From: the human T2T-CHM13v2.0 reference genome, Homo sapiens
Direction: 5' to 3' (one strand)
NCBI RefSeq assembly: GCF_009914755.1
Contig: NC_060932.1
Length of the DNA: 64,000 nucleotides
Both the position numbers and the translations under genes were made by a program. Below are positions 1 to 12,996 of this stretch, piece after piece; within the stretch, counting starts at the first letter, position 1; every line of letters begins with the position of its first letter. The notes beneath the pieces are model-generated. The model was not told the DNA's origin. It made no database searches and was given only the letters and a program-made list of their open reading frames with translations.

Positions 1-1922
1 TTTATAATATTATCACTATTGTTGACAGGAAGTAGTGGAGCTGAATCAGCAGGCTGATGTATCCTCTAAATCAGTATTAAATAATGTGTTGTGATGATAT
101 GTACAGACCTCGGGTACTGGAGATGCCAGTTGCCAAACTGCATTACAGAACCAAGCCTTAAATTCCTTCTGATTATTAAGTATTCCACTGAGTGTGTGTG
201 TGATAACAAAACAGTAGAGGATATTTTCTTCCCAGTGTTCTGCCAAATCTCAGCTTGAATTTAACACTTTGGCTGAGCACATTTCCCCTTTCTGTTTCAT
301 CTGGATAAATTTTGCTTTTTTGGCTTCCTGTCATAGAAGGTTATATTTACACAAAGGCCATATCTTATAACATCTCATCTTTGGATCGAAGGAATTTCAC
401 AGTGTACCGTCAAGCTAATTAGGAAGTAAAGCTGCTTAGTGTTAGCTGCTATGGAAACATCAGATACACATACATCAGACTATGTCATTTTAATTGGCAT
501 TGAGGAGAAGTGGACCTAACATCTAGGAACAATTGAAGCCAAAATTCTATGCTAACTTAACATGGCATTTTAAATTTGAAGTGAAAAGACTGTTTCTAGA
601 AGGTGAAACATGTTCTTTTATGAAAAAACATGAAAAAAGGACACCTGAAATGAAAACAATATTTAAATTGAGTTCATGTGGTTTTGTGGAAAAGTACCAT
701 GAATTTGCCTACCTTTGTTTCTGCTAAATCTAACCTCTTAGAAAGCTATAAAATCTGTATGCTCAAAGAGCTTCGCTGTGTGCATTTATGAGAACCTAGT
801 CATTAACCCGCAGAATAGTGAATCAGCCAATAGTGTTTGCAGTCCTTCAGTATTTTTATAATTGGTGTTTTGGTTAAGATTCTTTCATTTATAAGAAAAG
901 AAACTGACTTTAGCTCATCTCAGTGAAATAAGGGAGTGTGTGAAAAGGGCTGCTCACAAAATCAAAGGAAGAGCAGTGTACATAGTCTTTGGAGAGGACA
1001 GAAATGGGAGCAGATCCAGGGAAATCATCAGGGCTGGCTGCTCACAAATCCTCTCTGTAAGACACTCACATTGGATGACTCAGCTCTCAGAAACTTGCAT
1101 TTCTGACAAACCTCAAGTCATTTTCAAATGCCTGTGGGGGGAATATCCTGTTGGCCCAGGTGGACTTAGAATTTCTGCTTTTGGATTAATAGCCAATGCA
1201 AAGGATACGGGGGAAGCATAAAAGGAAGAGTGATACTGACAGGGCCACTCAGAGAATCATGTACTGAGTAGCAGCCTGATTTGGGAATGCTATTTTTGAT
1301 GAGCTCATAATCAGTTTCAAGATGAATTTAGTAATAAACAGAACTTTAGTTTTTCCCATATTTTTATCTTTATAAATTAATAATTTTAACACTTTATTAA
1401 ATACCTACAGTGTACCAGGAAGAAGACGACACTCCAGATATAAAAAAATAAGCTCTAGCTCAAGTCAAAAATGCAGATGTGTAACTAAAGTGATTCGCAA
1501 CGTAGCAGATGTAATGCAGGCTTGCACCTATTTAGGTAGTTATTAGAAGCATTGAAGAAAAGCATCAATCTACATAGACCTGATGATATCAGGGAAAACT
1601 TTATAGAGGAAAGAATCTTTGGGTTGAGTTTCAAAGGATAAGTGGGAATTTGCTATGAAACGAGAGGAGAGAAAAACTGTAGAAAAACTGTATTTCAAAG
1701 CATCCCGCATCTACAAAGAGCATGGCTCAGGTGGGAGCTGCAAATGGTTCAGTGTTTTTGGAAGTTTGGAATCTGAAGACGTTACTGAAAATGAGTCTGG
1801 AGAGAGAAGCAGTACCTGAAATTTCTGTTATGCACATTAAGACATTGGACAATGGAGAGTCATTAAAAGATTTTTTATTTGGAAAAGTATCATGATTGGA
1901 GTTGGTTTTAGAAAGGCAACTT

Positions 1923-2212
1923 TGGCCAGGCATAGTGGTTCATGTCTATAATCCAGCACTTTAGGAGGCTGAAGCATGTGGATCTCTTGAGCCTAGGAGT
2001 TTGAGACCAGCCTGGGCAAGGTGGCAAAATCTTGTCTACAAAGCATAAAAATTATCCATGCATTGTGGTGCATGCCTGTAATCCCAGCTACTCTGGCAGC
2101 TGAAGTGGGAAGATCACCTGAACCCAGGGGATTGAATCTGAAGTGAGCCATGATCTCACTATTGCACTCCAGTCTGGGCAACAGAATGAGACCCTGACAA
2201 AAGAAAAAAAAA
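1923..2212 (+). mobile_element. Alu (AluJ-like)
   Basis: Alu dimer motifs with A tail. Confidence 0.9.
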
Positions 2213-3504
2213 TATAGACAACTTTGGCAGCAATGTGGAAAAGAATTTAAATAAGAGAAGACCAGTATAAGACTGCTGCAATAGACCATTTAGGGAGGTA
2301 GAGAGAAATTCAGTCTTCTTTCTCAGGCAGCAGTTAAGATAGGGGGGTCACTAACTGATGTAAGCAACTTAAGGAATGTTAAAAAGTTAAAATCATTCAG
2401 AGGCTAAGGCATACTTGGGTCTGCAGTCGGAAGAGGAGGGAAAGACTAGAAACTTGTATTTCTGAGTCAACAACATAATATAGCAATTTTAAGTGTGAGT
2501 ATTGATGAGGTTTCACATATAAAATATTAGAATATTCAGAGATCACCAGACAGAACCCTGGAGACAAGGGATGGATCAAGGAAAATAAGTCTGAGTTAGA
2601 AAATCTAAAATAGTAGGAAGAAGGCCAGTAAGGAGCAGAGTTACAGAGAGTAAACAGAGGAAAGGGAAGGGAGTTTCAAGAAAAAAGTATGTATCTGTTA
2701 GGATTATACTTAGTTGCAGGTTACAGTCCTTTCTCACATAGACTAGATGTATAGTTAGGCAGCCTACACTAGTGTGGGGCCTCTATTATCATCCAGTTCT
2801 TTCTACATTCTACTCTGCATCTTAATCGTCCAAGATGGTTGCTCAAGATTCATCCCAGAAGGAAAAAGGACAGGCCGAAGAAGAGTGCATCACTACCTTG
2901 AAAGACACTTACTCTACATTTTATACAACATTTCTAATTCCAATCCATTGGCAGAATTTAGCCACATGGCCATATCTGACTTCAAAGGAGGCTGGGAAAA
3001 ATAAATCTTATTCTAGACAGCCATAATTCCAGGTGAGCAATGGGTTCCATTTAATAAGAAAAAAGGGGAAAAAGGATCCTGGGAAGCAATTGGAAGCCTT
3101 TGTCACATAGGAGTTAGTGAACAATGACATAAATTGAAGAGAGTTGTTGTAAGAAAAAGACTGAAGAGTGTTTATTGCACTAACTAGTGACAATCTTGGC
3201 AAAAGTAGTTTCTTGGAGTAGTGAGAATGTAGGTCAAACTGCAGTAGATGAAGAATTGACTTTAAGATAAAGAAAATGAATATGAGTTGAAAATAAGCTG
3301 GGCTGCGAAAAGGAAGGTGAGAAGGAAGACTGTAGTTAGCTCAGCACCTTCATGAGAATAGAGCTCATGGATAAGACTTTGATGGGCCATGTGCAAACTG
3401 AAGCAGAGGAAACCAGTCATCATGAAGTTGAGAATGGAGCAACCTGCTTCTCCTGGAAACTTCTTCCAATGTCCTCCCAAAGCAGTTCCACCAACATGGG
3501 ATAG

Positions 3505-3855
<351 letters not shown>

Positions 3856-4775
3856 TGATCCATTTCCTTGTCAGAATTAATTGGTAGTTAATCTAATCCA
3901 AATTGGTCTAAAGAATCCATACCAGTGAACCACCTGAATGAATGAGGAGTGGCTAATGTACTCAAATGAGCCAGTTTCCCCACCATGGGATTTTTAGATT
4001 TTATACTGGAGAAATACCAAATCAATTTCATTTCAGTGATTGAAACTATAAACTGTAAAATTCGTTGGCAATCATGTTCTCCATCATGTTTTGAAAAGCA
4101 ACCTGCAATGAGGAAGACAAATAAAAATATAGAGAAATGCGAAGATGAAAGACTAACAGAAAGAAAAATGAGTGCTAGCAACATTTCGATCCTTACTTAC
4201 TTCCGATTGTTCCTGAGACCCAGAAACATTATTTCTCTCAAGATCTGAGATAATCAGTATTTCTATAAGAAAATTTCTCTTTCTGCTTAAATAAATTGTA
4301 GCTGAGTTTCTGTCATTTACCATTAAAAATGTCTGATTAAAACTGAGAGGAACATGTTTATATGTTTAGAAAAAAGTCAGAAGAAAGGTTGAAGATACAA
4401 AAAGACTGAGAATTTGAGAGTATGTATATCCAAGATAGCAATCTTGTTTCTGCTTCCCTCTGAGGTAACAGTCCCTGCCCCAAATCACTATTCTCTTTAT
4501 GACCTCAATCCCTAGACATAGCTGTTTGAATCATGAGAGGGCACCTGCCTTCCTTCTACATCCTAGATGAACTGGTCTGAGCACGTTCTTCTGTGAGGTT
4601 TATAATTGAGATGTGTGGACACTAAGCTCATAAAAAATCAGGGCTAAGACTATGATGGGTCATATGCAAGCTGATGCTGAGGAAGCCCACCATAAGAACG
4701 GAGAATGGAGCATTCTGCAGAGAGCAGAGGTGACTGGGCCTCTAAAGGGGTGGGGGTGATCGAGGGAGTAGACAC

Positions 4776-5085
4776 TTTTTGTTTTTTTAATAGAGACAGG
4801 GTCTCACTCTGTCACCTAGGCTGGAGTACAGTGGTATGGTATCATAGCTCACTGCAGCCTTGAGCTCCTAGGATCAAGTGATCCTCCCATCTGAGCCTCC
4901 TAAGTAGCTAGGACCACAGGCATGTACCATCATGCCCAGATAACTTATTTTATTTTATTTTTGTTTTAGAGACACGGTTTTGCTATGTTGCCCAGGCTAG
5001 TCTTGAACTCCTGGCCTTAAATGATCCTCCTGCCTTGGCCTCCCAAAACACTAGGATTACAGGTGTGAGGCCATCATGCCTGGCT
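4776..5085 (-). mobile_element. Alu (AluJ-like)
   Basis: Antisense Alu dimer. Confidence 0.88.
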
Positions 5086-5129
5086 CCTGGGAATAGATGC
5101 CTTGATTCATGCCAATCTGTACATTGTTC

Positions 5130-5345
5130 AAGGGTAGGAGCTTTGGAATCACTTAAATCTATCTCTGAGCCCTGGCTCCCCTATCAACTTGTGTGACCTT
5201 GAACAAGTTACTTAACCTCTTTAAAACTCATTTTTCTCATCTGTAAAATGAAGCTAATAGTAGTATCGTTCTCACAGGATTGTTAGAATCAAAAGAAAGA
5301 TGCATGTGAAGTGCAGAGCAGTGTCTCACAGTAAACTCACAGTTA
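5130..5345 (+). mobile_element. MIR
   Basis: TGTGTGACCTTGAACAAGTTACTTAACCTCT...CTCATCTGTAAAATG core. Confidence 0.75.
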
Positions 5346-8252
5346 ATGCTAATAACATAGCATAATCATATCCAATGCTACATGTAATAATTATAATCAA
5401 ATACAATGACATAAAAGGTAAGCTCTTTCCAGTTCCAATTCTCATTAATCTCAGATACTGTCTTCATTTCTCAATGAAATCTGCGTATCCTTGAAATATC
5501 TTTTCTTTCTATTTGCTCTGGTTAGACTAAGAATTTGTTCTTGACAAACACAGTGAGAATGTTTGCATCCCAATCCCCAGGGTGAGCTTGGACAAGTTAC
5601 TTCCTTACCCGACATTCAGCAACATTGCCCCCTCCATCCGTCCTGAGCGCTCTCTTCTCTTGGCTTCTGTGACCAAGAGAAGCCAAGGAGTCTCCTGGCT
5701 TTCCTCCTACCCACTGGCCATGGTGTCCCTCTTATCCTGGCTCAGCCTCTTCTGCTTGTCTTTAAATGCTGCATATTCTCAATAATCATTCCTAAGTGTC
5801 CTCATTTTTCTCACTTTGTATTTTCTCCCTAGGCTATAATATCGGTGCATGGTATCAATTATCATGTAATTGAAACTTTGACTCCCAAAAGGTTATCTTC
5901 AGCCCAAACCTCTCCTAATCTCCAAATCTGCATATCTCACTACCCACTCAACATTTTACCTGGAGATCTGAACGAAAGATTCATCAAAATCTACAAATTC
6001 AAAACTGATCTCATGATCTTTTCCTCTAAAACTATTTCTCCCGACCCAAGGGTTTTCTATCTTGATACCACCACCCATCCACTCTTCCAGTTTTGCAAGC
6101 CAGAGACCTGTAGACATCATCCTCTGCCTTGTGTCTTAGTCCATCAAGACTTGTTGATTTTACCATCAAATTGTTTCTTGACTTTGTCAACTGCTTATTC
6201 TCTATTGCCATCACTCTTATTCTAGCCATCATCATCTTTCTCTTGGACCCTCACACTGTACTCAGAAATTGTCTCATTGCATCCCATTTTAGTCCATGCT
6301 ATAGTCAAAGTTTTATTTTAAAAATAAAAATATGTTCAATGCAATAGCTTTCCATTGCTCTTTAAGATAATAATCAAACTCCTTATGGCATACAAGGATC
6401 CTCTGTGATCTAGCCTCTCGGGAAGAAAAGGAGTGCGTTGGATCTGGCTCATACTGGCTGGCACCTGCATGCAGATGGTTAAATATTTTGGAAATTTGCA
6501 AGCTGATTGCTGAATCATTGGATGTGGGGAGAGTATGTATCCTGTGGAAACTGGCAAATGCTACAAAGGGTTTTCCCCACACCTCCCCTCTCTCCTCCAT
6601 GCAGGAGAACCAGTTTAACAGCACTCGGTTCTCTCTCCAGGCTTGACCGTTCTTTCATTCCGTACTTTAACCACATTGACCAACTTTAAGTTTCTCTAAC
6701 ATGTCATAGTTCCTTATATTTAAGAACTATCAAATATATTGGCTGCCTTTCCCAGGAAACTATAAACTCCAAGAAGTCAGTGACTCTCTGTTTGCCCAAC
6801 ATTAAATCCTCAGTGCTTTTCAGTGCCTGGCGCATAGTTGGTGCTAGGTAAGTACCTATTGAATAAGTGCCTGCTCTCACATGGATTTTACAGATCTCAA
6901 AACAATGTGATGTCTGTGATAATGCCCTAAAAATGATGAAATAATACATAGATATGATTATGGATATTAAAATGTTTCCTGAACAAATAGATTTTTTCTA
7001 TTTTTATTAGTTTTTTCTATTTTCCACTTAAGATGGTATCACAATTTATTTTCTAAATGATGAAATGTTTGTTTCTCTAAAGCAGTCATAATTGAATCAT
7101 GATATTAACATGTATTTAACTTGAATTAGATATGACTTTTGTTATAATAAAATTATGTTCCCTAGCAAGAAGACTCAGGCAAAAAAAAATGTTTTTAATT
7201 ATGTCAGAGTAAATGAGGGTGATATTTTCAATGGAGCCTTTAAAAATTCTTCTTTCCTATTTTAAAATTAGCTTTCCAGAAATGCACACTCTATTCTTTA
7301 TATGCTGATACAGCTAAAACATAATAGTAAACTATTTTCTCACGAAGAGATTTGTTTAAATTATCAGAACTCTCTTGGAAAACACTTTCAGTAACTTATT
7401 TAACTTGAATTCTAATGAAGTGAAAATTGCATCATCATCATAATTATTAAGATTATATCCACTGGCAAAATTTTCCATTTATATGGAAAAAATATGTTCA
7501 TTGTTATATTGGTATTTTTAACCATTCATACATTTTTCATTCTTCTCTCTTCTCCTCCAGTGAATATTTTTTTGGTCTCTACGGTACTCAAGGCAAATTA
7601 TATTTAGTTTAACATGTGAACTAATTAGTAAAGGCAATACTTTTTGCAAATATCATATTTTACTTGGTATATCTATTTCTCCCACATTATTGCATCTTAA
7701 TTTGAGGATACTAAAATTCTCCACCATGGGATAATATAGGCTAAGAGTTGCTACTATTTTCCATAATTAGTGGTTGTTGTTTTTTAATTTTTATACAAGG
7801 TGTGATTTAGTAGATATGTTTTAGATTGACTTTGAGGATCTAGTCAATCTCCCATGGTTTTAAGTCCAAATTATCTCCATATTAGGCATAACAGAAACAA
7901 AGATGCTACATAGAATAATCAGACTAAGTGGTCAACTCTCAGTTCATGAGTTGGCCTCTCCCACTGGTTTTCTTATTCTTGTATCTGGATGTCTTCCAGT
8001 GATGCAATGTTCCTTGCTTGTAAAATTGCACATTTATGCATCACCTTATTAAATTTGCTTGTGTGTCTATCATTCTGAAAGTGCTTCTTGTTCTTTAGTG
8101 AAGCATTGTTCTAGTTATGTGTTGTCTTTTCCTGTCAGTACACACTATTTGTTGTAATTAGTCTCTGGCTTCAAGTCTATACAAAATGAGCAGACATTTG
8201 CACAGTCTTTCAGTTGCATCTGATCATTGTGGACAATAAGCCAATGATTTAG

Positions 8253-8678
<426 letters not shown>

Positions 8679-8894
8679 TCCACCTTTTATTTTTAAACCA
8701 AGCATTATAATATAAATACCAGTAACGTTGTTCTGTTCAAAATTTAGTATTTTTCCTTTTTATGTGACTTACAATTTGTACATCTTATTAGACTTTCTCC
8801 CTCAAGCTCATGCACTACACCAGGCAGAGAAATTCATGAAGATATGCATTTAGGTAATGGCCCTCAAAAAACAAAACTGGCTTAATGTAAAATC

Positions 8895-9102
8895 GTTGTT
8901 GTTGTTTTTTTTTTCTTTAATCTTCCCCAACTTAAATCTTTTAATTTAAAAGTAAACTTTACTGTCGAAAACGCAAACTTGGGGATGGCAGAAAGATCAC
9001 ACACAAGGCTGCCACTTCACACCTGGAGGGTTGCACGGCAGCCAGGCAGAGGCGCTCCTCACTTCCCAGTTGGTGCAGCAGCTGGGCAGAGGTGCTCCTC
9101 AC
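8895..9102 (-). mobile_element. SVA2-like retroposon (5'-truncated; VNTR units + unique 3' end + polyA)
   Basis: Two GGCAGAGG(C/T)GCTCCTCAC SVA-type VNTR units joined to AAAGTAAACTTTACTGTCGAAAACGCAAACTTGGGG...GATCACACACAAGGCTG and a T tract; no SINE-R. Confidence 0.7.
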
Positions 9103-9129
9103 AATGATTTTTTTTTTTTAATTATCATT

Positions 9130-9435
9130 AGGTACATGGTTCATGTTTGTAATCCCAGCACTTTGGGAAACTGAGGCAGGAGTATCACTTGAGCCAAGGA
9201 TTTCAAGAACAGCCTGGGAAACACGACAAGACCTTGTCTTCACAAAAATTAAAAAATTAGCCAGGCATGATGACATGCACCTGTAGTCCTAGATGCTCAG
9301 GAGGCTGAGGGGAGAGGATTGCTTGAACCTAGGAGGTTGAGGCTTCAGAGAGCCATGATTGCACCACTGCACTCCAGCCTGGGTGATAGAGTGAGACCCT
9401 CATCTCTAAAAAAATTTAAAAATTAATAAATAAAT
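9130..9435 (+). mobile_element. Alu (AluJ-like)
   Basis: Alu dimer. Confidence 0.88.
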
Positions 9436-9509
9436 AATACATTTTCAAATACTATGTCCAACACACCTCTGGCATTTACTCCACTCTTGCTTTCTCCAAT
9501 ATTCCCTAA

Positions 9510-9860
<351 letters not shown>

Positions 9861-10355
9861 CTTACATATGTAACTTTTAACTCAGTTTGTAATTATATAT
9901 TTATTTTGAGATCAGTTGATTACTAAGTTTCCCTGTAGACTGTAAGCTCAAGGAAGGCAAAGCTTGCATTAATTAAGGTACAGGCTAAAGTGCTTTAACA
10001 AATAGAACTCCAAATAATGTCACTTATACAAGCTGCACATATATAATTTTTTCATATAACCTTCTAGCTGATGGGATTGCTCTGCTGCCCTCAATATGTA
10101 GCTTCCATCTCTCAGTCAAGCTGCCAAGTTCTTGCTACCTCTTTGTCAATAAGAAGAGGAAAAGGATGAGAGGTGCATAAGTTGAATACTTTAAAAGCTG
10201 AGCTCTCTAAAGTAGCAAACACTGCTTCCACTCATTACATTAGCCACAACTTGGTCACATGAGTACACCTAATAGCAAAAGAACCTGCACACTGTAGGCT
10301 TTAGCTGGCAATTATCAATACTAGGGAAGGAGAGGAAATTAAATATAGGGAGACA

Positions 10356-10546
10356 GGCCAAACACGGTGGTTCATGCTTGTAATACCAGCATTTTGGGAG
10401 GCTGAGCCAGGCAAATCACCTGAGGTCAGGAGTTCGAGACCAGCCTGGCCAACATGGTGGAGGTTGCAGTGAGCCGAGATTGCACCACTGCACTCCAGCC
10501 TGGGTGACAGGGTGAGACCCTGTCTCAAAAAATAAATACATAATAT
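10356..10546 (+). mobile_element. Alu with internal deletion
   Basis: Jumps from CCAACATGGTG to GAGGTTGCAGTG; TSD AAATA(T/C)AGGGAGACA 10341-10355 / 10547-10561. Confidence 0.88.
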
Positions 10547-10884
10547 AAATACAGGGAGACAACTAGCTGTCTGCCACAGATCTGTGTCTTATTCATGAAC
10601 ACAGTGTCTCTGGAGCCTACCACAGTGCCTGCTCCAGAGCACCTGCTCAACAAATACTCATAAGATGGATTGATGAATGGACCTCACATCTTCACGCCAT
10701 CACTGACATCACCCATACCTTATTCTCACCCCTTCCCTCTCCTCTACCCAAGGCAGCTGTGGATCCAGGAGACCAGGAGACCCAGGAGATTTCCAGAAGC
10801 ATGAGAGTAACTGTATGTACAGGTTACAAAGTGGCTTTCTTGCAAGGGTGAAGCTGGTGAGGTTGACTGGTATCTGTGCTATGA

Positions 10885-11241
<357 letters not shown>

Positions 11242-12067
11242 TGAAATGAAGTGAAGACTTTTCAGAAGATATCCAGGTGGGTGGGTTTTCCAGGTCCAGT
11301 CATCTTTGCCACATCATCCACCACTCTAAGTTGAAAGTGTGGCAGTTTCCTCTTCTAGTTGAACAGAGAGGTTGTTGAAATGAAAACACACACATACCAC
11401 ACACATCTCCAAAAACCCAACATTAATTCTGAGTGATGGTCCTGTGCAAATTCAGAAAAAGAGAAAAAAATTTCGTTTTTCACAACTGAGCTACACTTCT
11501 CATTATCAATGAAAACAGATGGGAAATAGGACAATGACTCTTCAAGGAAAATGTAATTGCGACTGTCTCTATGCCCACCTAGCACTTTCCATAGCACTTT
11601 TCATGTGGTATTATAGTTAATGACATTGTGAGATATTTGTGAACTGAAAGCATATCTTGTTTTTATTTATATTTTCCCAAGCACTGAGTAGCACATATTA
11701 GTACTCAACAAAAGTCTGTTGAATGAATCAGTGAATGAATGGAGAATTAATGAATAAGTTAATGAATCTCCTGGGTTATTGTGTTAAAAATGTAACTGCA
11801 GGAATAAGAGGTAACTAGAAGAATAAAACTTCCGCCTCCCTCCTCTTGAAAGAAACTGATCTCAGCAACTTGGCAGGGCCTTTGGGAAGAAAAGGTGTTG
11901 GCCATTGTAAGAAATATTTGGAAACAAGGGAAGAAGACAAAACTATTTTTTTGCTTAGCCTAAAAAATGTGAAATAGTAATTCAGTTATGGAAGAAAAAG
12001 ACATTTCCCAACTTCCTTTTAGAACTGGAATTCACTGTCTCTCAGGATTAACATATAGCTTTGGAAG

Positions 12068-12201
12068 GTGGTGTGTGTGTGTTTTGTGTGTGTGTGTGTG
12101 TATGTGTGTGTGTATGTGTATGTTTTGTCTGTGTGTATTGTGTGTGTTTTGTTTGTATGTGTGTGTGTTTTGTGTGGTGTGTGTGTGTGTGTTTTGTGTG
12201 T
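12068..12201. repeat. Imperfect (TG)n simple repeat
   Basis: ~130 bp TG-rich tract. Confidence 0.95.
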
Positions 12202-12491
12202 TCCTTACTGCACAGTTGGAGGAATAAAGTGCCCTTCCTTCCACTTACAGTGTTCCCACAGGTTTAATTCTCCTGGGGAACTCATGCCCACCCTGGATAT
12301 TGCCAAGCTATCTGGGGAGTGTCAGCACAGGTTATGGACTGCCCTGTTGACAGGGTCTTTGGCTCTGTCACTGCCCCCCACCCCAAGAACATTACTTCAA
12401 AAGCAAGGACTCTGAGTTAGGAAAATATACTTCTGTGGAAGAGAATAGCATGGAAACAGATCTCAATCTCTCTGGCTAAGAGGCATCATCT

Positions 12492-12838
12492 CTGTCTTAG
12501 CCCACGTGGGCTGCTTGTAACAAAATACCATAGACTGGGTGGCTTATAAACAACAGAAATGCATTTCTCACAGTTCTGGAGGCTGGGAAATCTGAGATCA
12601 AAGCACCAGCAATTCAGTGCCTTGTGAGGGCCTGTTTCTCATTGTATCCTCACATGGTGGAAGTGCCAAGGGGTCTCTCTTGGGCCTCTTTTATAAGGGC
12701 ACTAATCCTATTTACGAGGGCTCTGTCCTCATGATGTAATCACCCCTCAAAGTCCTTGCCCCCCAGTGCCATCACCTTGTGTGCATAGACATCAACATAT
12801 GAATTTGGGAATGGGGAACATAAACATGCAGAACATAA
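12492..12838 (-). mobile_element. MaLR LTR (MLT1A-like)
   Basis: TAACAAAATACCATAGACTGGGTGGCTTATAAACAACAGAAAT...TTCTCACAGTTCTGGAGGCTGGGAA. Confidence 0.8.
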
Positions 12839-12996
12839 TGTTTCCCAAAACAGTTTCCCAAAAGGAGGGTAGAAATCTGCAGAGCAGAAGTCAGAAACAT
12901 GACACATGGGGTGGAAGAAGCCAGGTTAGGAACAAGAATGAGCTCAAGAGGAGTTCCTTTATGAATGTTGTAGCTTCTTGGGTGCTGTCCCTATGG

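Noticed and set aside
11988-12415. Cys/Val- and His/Thr-rich ORFs
   Set aside because: Artefacts of the (TG)n repeat
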